The position numbers and the translations under genes were made by a program. DNA of 64,000 nucleotides from Gracilinanus agilis (lineage: Eukaryota). The stretch covers positions 32,685,252-32,749,251 of the forward strand of contig NC_058136.1 of assembly GCF_016433145.1 (NCBI RefSeq). Direction: 5' to 3'. Shown one piece after another: positions 60,607 through 64,000 of this stretch; position 1 is the stretch's first letter, and each line of letters opens with the position of its first letter. A model generated the notes under the pieces. It was not told the DNA's origin and searched no databases. It saw nothing but the letters and a program-made list of their open reading frames with translations.

Positions 60607-63110
60607 CATCCTAGGGGTCACAGCCAAGTTGCTGAAAAACAACCACAACCTTACCTAGCTCATTGGGTAGTGTGAGGACCCAGTGAGAGAAAGGGCTTTC
60701 CAAATCTTCAGGTGCTGTAATATCCTGCCCTGACACTCCTCCAGCCAAAACAAGACCCCTCCGGTCTCCCCAAGGAGTGCGAGTTGGGCAGGAATACGTT
60801 ATTTTTTTACCACTAGGAAGACTTATTTGGAAAAGGCAGCCCAGAACTATTCCCTGTCCATTGGCAATCTGTTCCTCGGCTTTCCTCCCGACAGTTGTTT
60901 TGAGTCGAGCTAATTAAAGGCTGAGACAGAATCAGTAGTGAACTTTCATGCCAGACGGCACCAAGACAACATGGCCTATGACTCAAAATGCCAGGCAAAC
61001 ATGGGAGAGAGACCCACTCCCAATCCTGTAAAGCCATCCAGCTGGTCTGGAGGGGCCAGGGAACAGGTGTTTTTCAAAGTGACTTGATACCCAGAGTCTC
61101 AGACAGCCTAGAGGTTTCTGGGAAAGGATATTTCCAGCAGCTCCCAGACAGGGCTCGTACATTGGGGAAGGAAGGGTGCCACTTCAGGGCCCTGCAGGAA
61201 ATGCTGGCTCCTGGGAGAATCTGGGACTTCTAAACAAAGATGAGGCTATTCACAGTTCACACTCCAAATCTCCCAGGCTGCTTCTTCCTCTGCTCTGCTC
61301 TTGAGGCAGGATGGGGAGTGTTGGGGTCGGGGGAAGAGAAGAGAACAAAAGACAAACCCTGGGTGTCCTGCCAAAGGTCCAGTTCAGCTGCCTACTACTG
61401 TCTAAACCAGCTGGCCCCTATGCCCCAGGATGCCTCGAACCTCCTTGAATGCTAGGCATGGCCAGCACAACCTAAGACTTGTCCCTAATATGACACCAGC
61501 TTAGCAAAGCAACACTCTGCCCCCTGAAGAGACTGACGGCTCAGTCTGAAAGTGTCCAAGCACACAATCCAGGTCATCTTCCTTGGAGATTCTTGCCAAA
61601 GAATTTGCTTCAGAGCAGGGGTTCCAAAACTCCAGCCCAGCCCCAGCCCTGAGCATAATGCTTGGCCCAGAAGATGCTTGTTGACTGACTAACTGACCAC
61701 GGCTGCTAGCCAGGGATGTTATTCTGTGACAATAGATATTTTTTTCATTGTTAAATGGGCTGTGATAATTTCAAAAGAAGGAAGTTAATGGGTTTTTCCA
61801 TTGAAAAGGAAAAAAAATGCCCTGGAAACCTCTTCAGCAAACATAGAAGCTGCCTCTACGTCTCTCTCCCTTTCTGTTGATCTGTTTTGCTTCACCCCTT
61901 CTCTGTCCATTTGCTGGCTCTGATGTAGAACCAAGGAATGCGTTTTTATTAGGTGGTGGTCTATTTATTGGATAGAGTTTTATGTCCCCTCTTCCTAATT
62001 GAAAAAGTGGATGGGAGTGATGTTTTATAGTTCTCCTTGAAAAAACCCAATTAATTTGCTTTCTATTTATATGGCTTGAGATTGATTATTTTTTCTCTGT
62101 GACTCAGTGGCCCTTGACAGAAAAGGTCCCCTCCATAGTCAATAGAAATACAGAGAATATGTAGCTCCACATCCTAGGTCTAAGCGACTGCCTTCTCTAT
62201 GATTTCTTTTCAAATTCACTGACTTGACACTAATAGGATGACCTTGGGCAAATTTTGCAGACAGTCTGGACGCCAGTGTCTTTGTTCAGTTCAACAAGTA
62301 AGTAGTGAGGTCCTACTAGGTGCTGGGAGCAGGTGTTGGACTAGCGCAACATCCAATGCTAATGTTCCAGCTACCAGAACAGGCCTCTTGATTCAATGGG
62401 CTCCCCTCTTAGCACTGGCTAGAGTCACTGTCAACAGAGAGCACCTTGCTTTGGTGAGAATATGACTTCTCTCTCTCTCTCTCTCTCTCCTTTTCCTTTT
62501 CCATTGGTGACCCACAAAGTACATTCTGATGAGCTTCTTCCCTTTCCACCCCCCACTACCCTCCCCCAAGCCCAGCCTCCAGAATGAATGTCAAGGACAA
62601 AGCTTGATTTCAGAATTGATTCACTAATAAAAAGACGGGACTAGTCGTGCTAGAGTAAGCACTTTCTGTAAGCCTACGGGGTTGGAATAGAGATCGGCTG
62701 AGGGTTGGAGTGATGGAGGAGCTTTCTGGTAGTTATTTGCCTAGAAATTAAGTGAGTAAGTACAGGAGAAGCCAATGTCCAGGAAGGAGGGCACCAAACC
62801 TTTCCCCGCCCTGGTCCTAGTTCTCTGCTCAGTGAATTTTCCTCGAGGCCTAAAGGGTGGTCTTGAATGGGCAATGACATCCCGGATAGCCAAGCCACAT
62901 ATTCAGCATAACCCTTAATGGTTTCAAATGGATAAAAAATTATCCAGAGACTGTTGTTCTCTGCAGGTGATTAGGAGAAAGAATGGAAAGAGAACTGGAT
63001 TTAGAGTCAGTGGACCTGGGTTCTGTACCTTGCCCCGAGCACTTTCTACCTGGGTGACTTTGGACAAGTCATGTTCCCTCTTTATGCCTCAGTTATTTGT
63101 CAAAAATGAG

Positions 63111-63324
63111 GGGGGCAGCTGGGTAGCTCAGTGGAGTGAGAGTCAGGCCTAGAGACGGGAGGTCCTGGGTTCAAACCCGGCCTCAGCCACTTCCCAGCTG
63201 TGTGACCCTGGGCGGGTCACTTGACCCCCATTGCCCACCCTTGCCACTCTTGCACCTATGAGACAATACACTGAAGTTAAGGGGGTTTAAAAAAATGGAT
63301 TTGTCTTGGTGGACAAGTTACAAA
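63111..63324 (+). mobile_element. SINE1_Mdo-type SINE with an extra 3' segment, inserted in a MIR
   Basis: SINE body 63111-63295, then 26 nt of unique sequence and a second A run; TSD aaaaatgag at 63102-63110 and 63325-63333. Confidence 0.85.
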
Positions 63325-63585
63325 AAAAATGAGAGGCTTGGACTTGATGATATTTAAGCTCTTCCTGCTTTAAAACTAGAAGCTTGTGATCAAGTTAGGA
63401 CAAGAGAGGTAGCAGGGTAGGCACTGAGATCTTAAAATATTGAAACAAATGAGCTCCTGAGTTTGTGAAACCTGCATCCTGGGAGAGTTTGACAAAAGAC
63501 AACTTGTCATGTGAGCCACTTTCGGCACAATCCTACCAGGAGCCTTTGAAGGCTCCTTCCATCCTTTAAGATTCTTTCATTCCCA

Positions 63586-63770
63586 GGGCAGCTAGATGGC
63601 ACAGTGGATAGAGAGCCAAGCCAGAAATCTGGAGGACCTGGGTTCAAATTTGGCTTCAGACACTTCCTGGCTGTGTGACCCTGGGCCAGTCACTTAACCC
63701 CATTTGCCTAGCCCTTACCCTTCTTTCTTAGAGTGGTTACTAACACAGAAAGTGAGGGTTTAAAAAAATA
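63586..63770 (+). mobile_element. Older marsupial CORE-SINE
   Basis: gggcagctagatggcacagtgg...ggttcaaatttgg...tgtgtgaccctgggccagtcacttaacc with an A tail. Confidence 0.9.
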
Positions 63771-64000
63771 AAGATCTTCCCATGGCTTATGAGAGGAAGG
63801 GCCGAGGAATAAATCGCAAAGCAGCCTTCTCTTCCCCTCTTGTAGTGTAGTTCTCCATGGAGAACGCTCCACTCAGCACCCAAGATAAACTGATCCCAGG
63901 CAACCTTTGAAGTATGGCAGGAGGGTCTGTCACTATAAGAGCTGGACAGAGCCAGTGGAGGGATGGGAAGATGTGGGAGAAACGTTGATGAGAGGGCAGA

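Larger units (their letters stand above)
54693..64000 (-). other. GABRA3: Last intron of GABRA3 (upstream exon lies outside the window)
   Basis: Follows from the acceptor at 54693. I found no TM2/TM3 exon (AMDWFIAVC / FATVNYFTK) in 54693-64000. Confidence 0.8.

Noticed and set aside
1-64000. tRNA genes, CRISPR arrays, miR-105/767/224/452 hairpins, GABRA3 I/M editing exon
   Set aside because: The A/B-box motifs all belong to SINE heads; there is no repeat-spacer array (eukaryotic DNA); I did not see the eutherian miRNA mature sequences by eye; the edited TM3 exon lies outside the window.

Overview
Vertebrate (marsupial) genomic DNA, most likely the gray short-tailed opossum Monodelphis domestica X chromosome. 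The species call rests on many young SINE1_Mdo/MAR1-type CORE-SINEs, marsupial L1s and a Charlie-type hAT MITE. The only protein-coding sequence I can support is the last coding exon of GABRA3 (GABA-A receptor alpha-3; minus strand, 54354-54692). Positions 54693-64000 are therefore GABRA3 intron, and 1-54353 is 3' UTR plus intergenic DNA that in eutherians leads toward the MAGEA cluster and GABRE. No GABRE, CNGA2 or MAGE exon was recognised. The rest is repeat-rich (L1, L2, L3/CR1, RTE/BovB, MIR, SINEs, a solo ERV LTR, a hAT MITE, microsatellites), with a 194-N assembly gap and a probable false duplication beside it. The most unusual unexplained signals are an ungapped 77-bp inverted repeat (72/77 identity) at 22507-22972, a variant gephyrin-binding motif in GABRA3, a 5'-only L1 with a monomer array split by a solo LTR, a SINE with an apparent 3' transduction, and some TE-free islands with promoter- or enhancer-like motifs. 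Almost all other supplied ORFs look like chance or TE-derived frames. Repeat family names come from recalled consensus sequences, not a database search, and boundaries without a TSD are approximate.
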